Part shown: piece by piece, positions 1-8,833 of the stretch
Layout of the letters: every line of letters begins with the position of its first letter
Position numbering within the stretch: position 1 is the first letter of the stretch
Assembly (NCBI GenBank): GCA_937916055.1
Contig: CALGHP010000065.1
Location: forward strand, 4,459-68,458
Origin: an uncultured Treponema sp.
Lineage (GTDB): Bacteria; Spirochaetota; Spirochaetia; Treponematales; Treponemataceae
DNA: 64,000 nt
Reading direction: 5' to 3'
Position numbers and translations under genes: made by a program
Notes under the pieces: model-generated
Database searches by the model: none
Seen by the model: the letters and a program-made list of their open reading frames with translations, nothing else
Told to the model about the DNA's origin: nothing

Positions 1-1824
1 ACACCTGAAGCCGCAATGTCGGCGAAAATTCCGGTTGTCACTCCGCGCGAGACATCGACTGTCTCAATGATGTCTTACGGATTCGATCCGCGCGTCGGCG
101 AATGGTCTCCGTGGCACGGGGCGAAAATTTCGGTTCTGTCATCGCTCGCGAAGATCGCCTGCGTCGGCGGAAAAGCGCGCACTGCGCGTCTGAGCTTTCA
201 GGAATTCTTCGGGCGCGCCGTCTCCGAAAAACGCTGGGGCTATCCGGCCGCCGCGCTTCTCGGTTCTGTCGATGCGCAGATCGAGTCAGGCTGCGCATCA
301 ATCGGCGGAAAGGACTCAATGTCCGGAACTTTCGAGAATCTTGATGTTCCGCATACGCTTGTGAGTTTTGCGGTTGCCCATGACGAGGCGGAGAATGTCG
401 TCAGCGGCTCGTTCAAATCCGCAGGAAATTCCATCTACATGATTTCAGTTCCATATTCCGACATTCTTGCTCCTGACTACGATACTTTCCTTGCGAATTC
501 GGACGTCATTTACGGGCTGAACAGGAAAGGAAAAATCTCCGCGATGTATCCTGTAGGCGCCGGGGGAATCGCCGAGGCTGTATCGAAGATGGCGTTGGGA
601 AACATGACCGGAGCCGAGATTGAGGGCGGCAATGTCAGAAGTCTTTTTGTTCCGGCTTACGGAAACATAATAATAGAAACTGATGAGGATCTTGAGAAAT
701 CCGGATTCGCCGCCGGAACGGTCGTGAAGCTTGGAAAGACAGTCGCAGACAGGGAAATCAGAATCCTGAATGCGAAGATTGACGGTGTCACGGCCGGCTG
801 CGTCACGCTCGGCCTGGAGGAGATTCTTGGCGTCTGGGAAGGCCGGCTCAAGGAGGTGTTTCCTCCTGTCAGCGGAGCGCCTGTTCAGCTGGAGCTTCCG
901 GAATGGGCGGTTTCTGTGCATAAGTCGCTCAGCGAGGTCAGAAAATCCCCTTCCTTTGCCGAGCCAAAGACTCATCCTAAGGTTCTTATTCCGGTCTTTC
1001 CGGGAACGAACTGCGAATATGACATGGCGCGCGCATTCAACATTGCCGGCGCGGACACGAAGATTCTCGTCCTCCGCAACAAGAATCCGGAGATGCTTGC
1101 GGATTCACTGCGGGAATTTGCGGCGGAGCTCAGGAGCACGCAGATTCTTGCCCTTGCCGGAGGCTTCTCCGCCGGAGACGAGCCTGACGGATCTGCGAAA
1201 TTCATAGCGAACGTCCTGAGGGCAGGAGCCGTGAGCGAGGAGATCATGAGCCTGCTGAAAAAGCGCGGCGGACTTGTGCTCGGCATCTGCAACGGATTCC
1301 AGGCTCTTGTAAAGACCGGCCTTGCTGTCTGCGGAGAAATCCGTGACATGGCTCCCGATATGCCGACGCTCACGTACAACAGAATAGGAAGGCATGTCTC
1401 GCGCATCGTCCGCACAAGAATCGTGTCCGCGGCAAGCCCCTGGGCGCTTCATCCGAGCGTCGTGGACGGGCGCAACCATCTTGTCGCCGTCTCGCACGGA
1501 GAGGGAAGGTTCGTTGTTGATCCGGTGACGGCGGAGAGGCTTTTCCAGAACGGCCAGGTTTTCAGCCAGTATGTCGATGAATTCGGCCGGCCTGCGGTCT
1601 TTGAGCCGGACAATCCGAACGGCTCCGCCTTTGCGATAGAAGGAATCACTTCTCCGGACGGCCACGTTCTTGGAAAGATGGGACACAACGAGCGCGGAAT
1701 CGGGACTGACGGAGACGGCGCAAGCCTTGACCTGTTCAGAAATGTGGCCGGAAATCCGCTCACCAACCAGAACGAGACAACCTGCGAGAACATTTTTGCG
1801 GCCGGAGTCGCATATTTCAGATGA
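1..1824 (+). CDS. purL: phosphoribosylformylglycinamidine (FGAM) synthase, C-terminal part including glutamine amidotransferase domain; 5' end lies outside window
   Basis: Reading frame is open from base 1 (listed ORF 16..1824). C-terminal class-I amidotransferase signatures are present (LVLGICNGFQAL Cys elbow, VSHGEGRF), preceded by an FGAM-synthase-like region. Confidence 0.88.
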   Translation, partial: TPEAAMSAKIPVVTPRETSTVSMMSYGFDPRVGEWSPWHGAKISVLSSLAKIACVGGKARTARLSFQEFFGRAVSEKRWGYPAAALLGSVDAQIESGCASIGGKDSMSGTFENLDVPHTLVSFAVAHDEAENVVSGSFKSAGNSIYMISVPYSDILAPDYDTFLANSDVIYGLNRKGKISAMYPVGAGGIAEAVSKMALGNMTGAEIEGGNVRSLFVPAYGNIIIETDEDLEKSGFAAGTVVKLGKTVADREIRILNAKIDGVTAGCVTLGLEEILGVWEGRLKEVFPPVSGAPVQLELPEWAVSVHKSLSEVRKSPSFAEPKTHPKVLIPVFPGTNCEYDMARAFNIAGADTKILVLRNKNPEMLADSLREFAAELRSTQILALAGGFSAGDEPDGSAKFIANVLRAGAVSEEIMSLLKKRGGLVLGICNGFQALVKTGLAVCGEIRDMAPDMPTLTYNRIGRHVSRIVRTRIVSAASPWALHPSVVDGRNHLVAVSHGEGRFVVDPVTAERLFQNGQVFSQYVDEFGRPAVFEPDNPNGSAFAIEGITSPDGHVLGKMGHNERGIGTDGDGASLDLFRNVAGNPLTNQNETTCENIFAAGVAYFR

Positions 1825-1906
1825 TGACGGATTCATTCTCCGGGCTTTCATGGCATGGGATGTCCGGAGATGGATTGGCCGCTTGAATTTTAAAAAGGAT
1901 TAGAAA

Positions 1907-2896
1907 ATGAACAGAAATGTGTTTTTTGCCGTCTTTGCCGTTTCGGCGCTTATGTTCTCCTCATGCGGTAAAGCCGCCGGGAGAGACAGCTGCGGCTGCC
2001 TTTATGATATTGACGATGCGAAGAGAATTGCTTCCGAAAGAAACCAGAGCATAGTCCTTGCGGTCACTATGGAAGGTGATGATTCGATGAGCGGAACTTT
2101 TCTTGACAATGTTGTACGCTCCGGAAAATTCTCCGAGGTGACAGACAGCTACGTTTTTGTCCATTTTGATTTTTCAGATGATTCCTACGGAAATATGATT
2201 CAGTCCTCGGACGGAGCGGCTGCCGACCAGCGGGATGCCGAGGCGTACGGACTTCAGATGAGGAAGAATTCCCGATATGCTGGGCTGCTCAATGTGAGCT
2301 ATACGCCGGCTTTCTACCTCATATCAAAGGAAGGCTATGTAGTTACGGAGCTCTACGGCGCCGGCTCGGCTGAGAATGCGGGGCAGTTTCTTGAGATGCT
2401 TTCCGGATATGATGTGACGGTATCTGAATTCCGGAGCATGGTGGACAGCACGGAAACCGGCGATGTCGTCGGGAGGGTGAATGCAATCGACCGGCTTTAT
2501 GAGGATACGGACGACATCTACAAGGTGTTTCTTGCTCCGATGTATTCAAAGGTTCCGGAAATTGACAAGAAGAACCAGTCCGGTCTTGTGAGCAAGTACA
2601 TACTTGCGGCCGCCGGAGCGAGGGCGCTTGAATATTACACCTCCGATGATGTCACCCATGCCGTGCAGTCATATATATCAATATGCGATGACTCCCGTCT
2701 TTCTCCGGAGGACAAGCAGCAAGCTTATTATATGGCGGCGTATACTCTTGCTTCTGACAGCGCCGCTGACTATGACGTGATAGAGAAGTATCTCCAGATG
2801 GCTGTGGATGTCTACCCTGAGGGACGTTATGTGCGGCGCATAAACAGTACTCTGGACCGGATAAGGGCAGCCAGAGCGCCGGGAGGAGAGGACTGA
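1907..2896 (+). CDS. lipoprotein with thioredoxin-fold-like middle region (no CxxC) and helical C-terminus; function unknown
   Basis: Signal peptide plus lipobox (ALMFSSCGK). SD AAGGA lies 7 nt upstream of the ATG. Fold assignment is by eye only. Confidence 0.6.
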   Translation: MNRNVFFAVFAVSALMFSSCGKAAGRDSCGCLYDIDDAKRIASERNQSIVLAVTMEGDDSMSGTFLDNVVRSGKFSEVTDSYVFVHFDFSDDSYGNMIQSSDGAAADQRDAEAYGLQMRKNSRYAGLLNVSYTPAFYLISKEGYVVTELYGAGSAENAGQFLEMLSGYDVTVSEFRSMVDSTETGDVVGRVNAIDRLYEDTDDIYKVFLAPMYSKVPEIDKKNQSGLVSKYILAAAGARALEYYTSDDVTHAVQSYISICDDSRLSPEDKQQAYYMAAYTLASDSAADYDVIEKYLQMAVDVYPEGRYVRRINSTLDRIRAARAPGGED

Positions 2897-2977
2897 ACGC
2901 AGCCCCCTGACGCTCCGCACCGGGCGTGCTTGTTTCCGCCACCATGACGGAGGCCGGAATTTTTCTGCCGGACCGGA

Positions 2978-3727
2978 TCAGTCATCAACCGGATCCACAC
3001 CGAAAATTTTCGCGGTCTGCCTTCTTGCCGCCTCCATGTCCTTCTGGTACGGCGCCGTGAAGCTCATCTTTTCTCCGCTTGAGGGATGCGTTATTCCTAT
3101 TCTGTACGCATGGAGCGCAAGCCTGTTCACCAGAGGACGCTCCTCGCCGTCGTCTCCGCGCCAGTTCCTCTTTATCTCGCTCAGACGCAGCGGCTTCTGG
3201 TTTCCTCCGTAGAGCGGATCGCATAGGATTGAAAGCCCCTCCGCTGCAAGGTGCGCACGAATCTGATGGGTTCTTCCTGTTTTCGGTCTCGCCTCTATCC
3301 ATGAATAAAGTCCGAAGCTGCCTTTCAGCGTGAAGTCCGTCACGGACGGTTTCCCTCTTTTCCTGTCGGCGACGGTCCTGTGGCGGCTGTCGCCGTCCGG
3401 AAGAAGCGGCGCGGTCTCGCGCTTTGTCTCCCATGACGGGCGTCCGTAGATTATCGCATGGTATATTTTTTCGACTCTGCGTTCCTCGAACTGCCGGGAA
3501 AGATTCCTGTGCGACTCCTGGGTCCGCGCATATATGATTATTCCCGAAGTGTCCTTGTCGATGCGGTGCACGGCATAGAGCCTGCCGAATTCCTGTTCCG
3601 CAATCAGGTCGAGTCTCGGCGCGTCCGGATTGTATCTGTCCGCGGCAATAAGAAGTCCGGAGCGTTTGTTCAGCACGGCAATTTCATCATCACTGTAAAC
3701 GACACTGTAGTCAATCTGTTTCTGCAT
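2978..3727 (-). CDS. RluA-family pseudouridine synthase
   Basis: Catalytic motif HRIDKDTSGIIIYA, plus conserved C-terminal KTGRTHQIRAHL and LHA motifs. Confidence 0.85.
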   Translation of the reverse strand: MQKQIDYSVVYSDDEIAVLNKRSGLLIAADRYNPDAPRLDLIAEQEFGRLYAVHRIDKDTSGIIIYARTQESHRNLSRQFEERRVEKIYHAIIYGRPSWETKRETAPLLPDGDSRHRTVADRKRGKPSVTDFTLKGSFGLYSWIEARPKTGRTHQIRAHLAAEGLSILCDPLYGGNQKPLRLSEIKRNWRGDDGEERPLVNRLALHAYRIGITHPSSGEKMSFTAPYQKDMEAARRQTAKIFGVDPVDD

Positions 3728-3732
3728 GGCTT

Positions 3733-3741
3733 ATTCTACCA
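3733..3741 (-). promoter_or_regulatory. extended -10 box TGGTAGAAT, 5 nt upstream of the ATG at 3727 (candidate leaderless promoter)
   Basis: Minus strand reads TGGTAGAAT-AAGCC-ATG. No SD is present. Confidence 0.4.
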
Positions 3742-3895
3742 TAAACACGGAATCAGTTCCACAAATGAACGGAGATGATTCGTCCGGGGGACATTCATTC
3801 CGGTTTGGCAGATGAGGCGTAGGGAACAGGCGCCGCTGTCCTGTTTGCGGCGCGCCGCATGAATCATGTTTCTGATATAAATCAGTTCGAAATGA

Positions 3896-3924
3896 TTGAC
3901 TATAGTTATGTATGAAAATATAAT
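3896..3924 (+). promoter_or_regulatory. sigma70-type promoter TTGACT-17-TATAAT, 7 nt upstream of the ATG at 3932
   Basis: Near-consensus -35 and -10 hexamers with 17-nt spacing. No SD before the ATG. Confidence 0.6.
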
Positions 3925-3931
3925 TCGTGCG

Positions 3932-4297
3932 ATGGAAAAGAACGGACTGCGGAAAATTGCATTGATATTCCTCTCCATGATGTTTCTGGCCGCAAGGGCT
4001 GCCGCCTCCGGTATGCTCGCCTCTTATGCGGCTGATGCGCTTTCGCCGTCATCGTGTTACGGGGAATGCGGAGACGGGCCGCTGTCGGATCCGGTTCTGA
4101 ATCTGGCTTCGGCTGTAATGTGCGTCCCGCTCTCCGCTGACCGGACGTTTTTTTCAGATGATGTGTGCGTGTTCTCCCGTGTTTTCCTGGCTCCCGCCGT
4201 CGCCGAGCCGAAGCTGTCGTTCCTGTCCGGAATCCCGTGGTTTCTTCATTCCGACAAATTCACGAAATCCGTCGTTCTCATAACATCCGTATTCTGA
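3932..4297 (+). CDS. hypothetical secreted protein
   Basis: Internal ATG of ORF 3896..4297, placed 7 nt after a consensus -10. N-terminal signal-peptide-like segment (IALIFLSMMFLAARAAASG). No family recognised. Confidence 0.4.
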   Translation: MEKNGLRKIALIFLSMMFLAARAAASGMLASYAADALSPSSCYGECGDGPLSDPVLNLASAVMCVPLSADRTFFSDDVCVFSRVFLAPAVAEPKLSFLSGIPWFLHSDKFTKSVVLITSVF

Positions 4298-4360
4298 GCC
4301 TGAATCCCGAAATTCATGCATTGCGGAGACTGTTTTTAAAGTGTTTTCTGAGGATTTTTT

Positions 4361-4858
4361 ATGGATATTACGGATGCAAGTTGGATTGTCACCGAGGTGT
4401 CTGCTGATGTGTGCGGTCTGCGGACTGATAACGGCTCCTGCTGCCCTAAGGCTATGGTGGAGAGGCTGCTGTCGCTTATAGAAAGGTCCGGCGCGGTTGT
4501 CGACCCGGCCACCCTGAGGGCGGATATTCTTGCGCGCGAGATGTTTGTGCCGTCAAAGATAAACGACAGTTTTTTTATGCCTCATGTCTGTACGGCCGGT
4601 GTGTCTTCTCTGTGCGCGGCTGCGGTCGCCGTCCCGGGACGCGGAATTTTTGTTCTTGCCGCATGGCCGAGGAATTCCAATTTCTGCCTTAAGAGAATTT
4701 CCGCGCTGATGGACGTTTTTCTGGACGGAAATCTTGTGGAGCGCTTCTGTCAGATGGAAAACGGTGATGATTTTCTGTATAATCTTGACAGCGCGCTTTC
4801 AAGAAGCGGTGTCTCCTGCTATGACACGGAGAATACCGTGGAAGTTGAAGGCTGCTGA
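4361..4858 (+). CDS. PTS EIIA type-2 (PtsN/EIIA-Ntr-like) domain protein
   Basis: By-eye alignment to PtsN around the phospho-His region (ILAREMFVPSKINDSFFMPHVCT versus ILTREKMGSTGIGNGIAIPHGKL). SD GAGGA upstream. Sits 24 nt upstream of pyk. Confidence 0.5.
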   Translation: MDITDASWIVTEVSADVCGLRTDNGSCCPKAMVERLLSLIERSGAVVDPATLRADILAREMFVPSKINDSFFMPHVCTAGVSSLCAAAVAVPGRGIFVLAAWPRNSNFCLKRISALMDVFLDGNLVERFCQMENGDDFLYNLDSALSRSGVSCYDTENTVEVEGC

Positions 4859-4882
4859 TATAATTCGGAATCAGGAAAATAT

Positions 4883-6679
4883 ATGTGCTCGATAAAGACG
4901 AAGATTGTTTGCTCGATGGGCCCCACCACGGAGGATGATGTTGTCGTGGAGAATATGATTCTTGCGGGAATGAACGTGGCAAGATTCAACTTCTCGCACG
5001 GAACCCATGAATACCACAGGTCGCTTATGGAACGGGTCCGGCGCGCCTCGGAGAAGACCGGCCATCCGGTCGCTCTGATGATGGACACCAAGGGGCCGGA
5101 GATAAGGACAGGGCTTGTCGCCGGAGGCGGAACCGTAACCGTAAATTCCGGAGATGCGGTCGCAGTGACGGTCGACGGCTCGCAGGTCACCGCGGCGGAC
5201 GGAGACGCGCCGGCCAGAATTTCCATTTCATGGAAGGAGCTTCCCGCCAAGGTGCGTCCCGGCGTCAAGATTCTTGTCGCGGACGGTCTTCTGGAGCTTG
5301 ACGTGAATTCAACCGACGGAAAGACGGTGATGTGCACGGCGATGAATACCGCGTCAATAGGCAGCCGCAAGAATGTCAATCTCATAGGAATTCATGCCGG
5401 ACTTCCGATAATGAGCGGGCAGGATAAGGATGACATCGCGTTCTGCGTGAAGATGAAGTGTGATTTTGTCGCGGCCAGTTTCGTCAGTTTCGCCTCGGAG
5501 GTGCATGAGATACGGCGCTATCTTGAGTCGCTCGGCTCTAACATGAAGATAATCGCGAAAATCGAGAACGAGGAGGGGCTGGACAATATCGCGGAGATTG
5601 CGGAGGCGGCTGACGGCATTATGGTCGCGCGCGGAGATCTCGGCGTGCAGCTTCCCACGGAGCGCATTCCCCTTGCCCAGAAGCATATAATAACGGAATG
5701 CCGCAATGCCGGAAAGCCGGTGATAACGGCTACGCAGATGCTGGACTCCATGATTGTGAATCCGCGTCCCACGAGAGCCGAGCTTACGGATGTGGCGAAT
5801 GCGATTTTTGACGGAACGGATGCCGTAATGCTTTCGGGAGAGACGGCAAACGGAGCATGGCCCGTCCAGGCGGTGGAGACGATGGCGAGAATCGCCCAGA
5901 CTGTGGAGGACAGCGCCGAATACTGCGCCAGAATCAAGGAGGCCGTGCCGGAGCCGGAAGGCGGAATAACGATGGGAAAGGTCATGTCCCGCATGGCGTA
6001 TATGACGGCAGACCAGATAAAGGCCATGGTGATTCTTGTGCCTACGCTCAGCGGACATACCGCAAGGATGATAAGCACGTTCCGTCCGGAGCAGGCTGTA
6101 ATCGCCGTGACTCCGAATCCTTCCGTCCAGAGGCAGCTTCTCCTTAACTGGGGCGTGATTCCGCTTCTTGTTCCGAAAATCGCGGATGACAGCGAGGAGA
6201 TGATTCAGAACGCCGTGAAATCCACGCTTGAGGCCGGATATGTCCACCGCAGCGACCGGATTGTACTGTGCGCCGGAATTCCCCTCGCAAGTCCGATTCC
6301 CGTAAATACAATAAGAATTCTGCTTGTAGGAAATGTCCTTGCACGCGGCAGAACCGGAGGATACGGCGACGGAGGCACCAGAATTTCGGGCCGGATTGTC
6401 AAGGCTGCATCTCCCGATGATGCGATAAACGGTCTCAGGCACAAGCGCGGGGAAATTCTTCTGTGCCCCGCTGTCGACGAGAACTGGATTCCGATTCTGA
6501 GGCTTGTTGACGGCATGATAGTCACCGGCTCGAATGAGCTCCACGCTGATACGATAAAGCTGATAAATCCGAATCTTGTCTGGATCGCGGATACAGGCTC
6601 ATCGTCACGCACGATTGAGGCCGGGCTTACTGTTTCGATTGACGGAAAGGATCTGCTTGTCTACGAAGGCGAGATATGA
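4883..6679 (+). CDS. pyk: pyruvate kinase with C-terminal PEP-utilizer (swivel) type extra domain
   Basis: N-terminus KTKIVCSMGPTT, plus MVARGDLGV and other PK motifs. About 90 extra C-terminal residues resemble the PEP-utilising-enzyme mobile domain (GMIVTGSNELHADTI). Confidence 0.92.
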   Translation: MCSIKTKIVCSMGPTTEDDVVVENMILAGMNVARFNFSHGTHEYHRSLMERVRRASEKTGHPVALMMDTKGPEIRTGLVAGGGTVTVNSGDAVAVTVDGSQVTAADGDAPARISISWKELPAKVRPGVKILVADGLLELDVNSTDGKTVMCTAMNTASIGSRKNVNLIGIHAGLPIMSGQDKDDIAFCVKMKCDFVAASFVSFASEVHEIRRYLESLGSNMKIIAKIENEEGLDNIAEIAEAADGIMVARGDLGVQLPTERIPLAQKHIITECRNAGKPVITATQMLDSMIVNPRPTRAELTDVANAIFDGTDAVMLSGETANGAWPVQAVETMARIAQTVEDSAEYCARIKEAVPEPEGGITMGKVMSRMAYMTADQIKAMVILVPTLSGHTARMISTFRPEQAVIAVTPNPSVQRQLLLNWGVIPLLVPKIADDSEEMIQNAVKSTLEAGYVHRSDRIVLCAGIPLASPIPVNTIRILLVGNVLARGRTGGYGDGGTRISGRIVKAASPDDAINGLRHKRGEILLCPAVDENWIPILRLVDGMIVTGSNELHADTIKLINPNLVWIADTGSSSRTIEAGLTVSIDGKDLLVYEGEI

Positions 6680-6685
6680 CGGGTA

Positions 6686-6718
6686 CGGCCGCCGCCGGAC
6701 ACAGTCCCGCGGCGGCCG
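6686..6718. terminator. GC-rich hairpin between convergent pyk and serS (possible bidirectional terminator, no U-tract)
   Basis: 10-bp perfect stem, CGGCCGCCGC (6686-6695) with GCGGCGGCCG (6709-6718). Confidence 0.45.
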
Positions 6719-6740
6719 CTTCGTCTGAGGAGAGGAAATT

Positions 6741-8024
6741 CTATTTTCTGTCCTTCGGAAGAATTCTGTCGAATCCGCAGTAGGGGACAAGAACCTCAGG
6801 AATTGAGACGGAGCCGTCCGCATTCTGGTAGTTCTCAAGGATAGCCAGCATCGCGCGTCCCACGGCAATCGCCGTTCCGTTCAGGGTGTGGACATACTTG
6901 TTCTTTCCGTCGTCATCCCTGAATTTTATGTTCAGCCTGCGGGCCTGGTAGTCTGTGCAGTTCGAGGTTGATGTCACCTCGCCGTATTCTCCGCCGTTTC
7001 TTCCCGGCATCCATGCCTCAAGATCCCATTTTCTGTATGCAGGCGCGCCGAGGTCTCCGGTGCAGGTGTCCACCACGTGGAACGGAAGTCCGAGTCCGGT
7101 GAAAATCTCCTCCTCAATCAGCCTCAGCTTCTCATGTATCACGTCGGACTGCTCCGGTGTGGAGTATACAAACATCTCCACCTTGTCAAACTGGTGCACA
7201 CGGTAGAGTCCCTTGCTGAACTGTCCGGCGGCTCCTGCCTCTCTGCGGAAACAGTGGGAGAGCCCGCCGTAGAAAAGGGGAAGGCTGGCCTTGTCAAGAA
7301 TCTCGTCTGAATGGTAGCCTCCGAGAGTGATTTCCGCCGTGGCGACCAGACAGGTTCCCTCATCCTCGATTGTGTAGACGTTCGACTCGTTGCCGCGCGG
7401 ATTGAATCCTATGCCCTTCAGCACGTCCTCCTTCGCCACATCCGGTGTTATGAACATCTTGAAGTCATGTTTCCTGAGCGTGTTCAGAGCATACATGATG
7501 AGCGCCTGCTCAAGAAATACGGCCTCGTTCTTTAGATAGTAGAATTTCGGTCCGGATACTTTCGTTCCGCGGTCAAAGTCGATGATGTCGAGCTCCTCAC
7601 CGAGCTGCACGTGGTCTTTCGGCTCAAAGTCGAATTTTCTGGGAGTTCCGACTTTCTTCACCTCAAGGTTCTCCGTGTCCAGCTTTCCGACCGGCGCATC
7701 CGGATGCACCATGTTCGGAATCTGGCGGGCCGCCTCCTCAAGCTTTCTCTCGGTCTCTGAGCTTTCCTTCTCGACCTCGGCGATTTTCTCCTTCAGCGCC
7801 TTTCCTGCCTCGATCAGCGCCCCGCGCTGTTCTGCGTCAAGCTTCTGCTTCATCGCTCTGGCGTTCTCGTTCCTTTTCTGCTGGAGCTGCTGGAGCTCCG
7901 TGACGAGCGCGGTTCTCCTGTCATACAGCTGCACCACAAGATCGGCATCCGCCGTCATGTTCCTGTTCCTGATGTTCGCCTTGACCGCGTCAAGGTTGTC
8001 TTTTATGAATTTATAGTCAAGCAT
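6741..8024 (-). CDS. serS: seryl-tRNA synthetase
   Basis: N-terminal coiled-coil arm (MLDYKFIKDNLD...) and class II core motifs. SD GGAG lies 6 nt upstream. Confidence 0.95.
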   Translation of the reverse strand: MLDYKFIKDNLDAVKANIRNRNMTADADLVVQLYDRRTALVTELQQLQQKRNENARAMKQKLDAEQRGALIEAGKALKEKIAEVEKESSETERKLEEAARQIPNMVHPDAPVGKLDTENLEVKKVGTPRKFDFEPKDHVQLGEELDIIDFDRGTKVSGPKFYYLKNEAVFLEQALIMYALNTLRKHDFKMFITPDVAKEDVLKGIGFNPRGNESNVYTIEDEGTCLVATAEITLGGYHSDEILDKASLPLFYGGLSHCFRREAGAAGQFSKGLYRVHQFDKVEMFVYSTPEQSDVIHEKLRLIEEEIFTGLGLPFHVVDTCTGDLGAPAYRKWDLEAWMPGRNGGEYGEVTSTSNCTDYQARRLNIKFRDDDGKNKYVHTLNGTAIAVGRAMLAILENYQNADGSVSIPEVLVPYCGFDRILPKDRK

Positions 8025-8087
8025 TTTATCTCCAAATAAAAATCAGCTGGAAAACATTGATTTTCCCTGTCGCTGTAGAATACTCCG

Positions 8088-8795
8088 CTATTGGAGCGAA
8101 TATGTCACCGTCACGTATGAGGATACGGATACAGTTCCGGCCTCGATCGGCGTGACCGGCGAGTTGGTGTACGCCGCTGATTTGTAGACTCTGGCGTCGG
8201 CTGCGGATGAGGTTCCGTTTTCCCTTATGTCCATGACGGTTCCGATCTTGCAGCCGCTTGCGCCCGCGATAAGGGCGGCCGCATCCTGCGCGTTCTGAAC
8301 CGCAAGCGTCCGGGCCTGCCTCATTACGCTTGTAGTGTCCGAAAGTGAGTAGTCGAATGACGACAGCGTGAGGCAGTTAGCTCCGTTCTTGACCGCCACG
8401 TCTATCACCTTTCCCGTTATCTCCGGATTCCTTATCAGCACCGAGACGGAATTCGCGACTGTATAGCGGCCCGGCCAGTCACGTCCGTTCTCGCGGTAAG
8501 TGTCCTGTGTGATTCTGTAGTCGTAGGTGGCAAGATCCGAAGCATCGATTCCTTCTTCCTTTACCGCGGCAAGAACCTTTTCCGTTATGGACGCGTTCCT
8601 TTCCGCGGCGGTGTTCACGTTCCATTCCGTAGTCCTGACGGAGAACATCAGCGAGGTCTGGTCCGGTTTTACGGAGACGCTTCCGGTACCTGACACGGTG
8701 ATTGTCCTTTCAGGCTCGGCCGGCTTGTTCACCGTACATGATGCGAGAACTGCGGCGGACAGCATGGCAGCCGCAATCTTTCCAAAATATCCCAT
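8088..8795 (-). CDS. SIMPL/DUF541-family lipoprotein
   Basis: ATG at 8795 is preceded by GGAGG (the listed start 8807 is TTG). Lipobox VLASC. SIMPL-like sequence (VSVKPDQTSLMFSV...). Confidence 0.8.
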   Translation of the reverse strand: MGYFGKIAAAMLSAAVLASCTVNKPAEPERTITVSGTGSVSVKPDQTSLMFSVRTTEWNVNTAAERNASITEKVLAAVKEEGIDASDLATYDYRITQDTYRENGRDWPGRYTVANSVSVLIRNPEITGKVIDVAVKNGANCLTLSSFDYSLSDTTSVMRQARTLAVQNAQDAAALIAGASGCKIGTVMDIRENGTSSAADARVYKSAAYTNSPVTPIEAGTVSVSSYVTVTYSLQ

Positions 8796-8833
8796 AAAAT
8801 CCTCCAAAATTATCTTTTGTCCGATAGAATTTC

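Noticed and set aside
5354-6544. 396-aa ORF antisense to pyruvate kinase
   Set aside because: It lies entirely opposite a gene with unmistakable PK motifs. Its translation is Arg/His/Ser/Gly-rich low-information sequence with no SD or promoter. This is typical of a shadow ORF.
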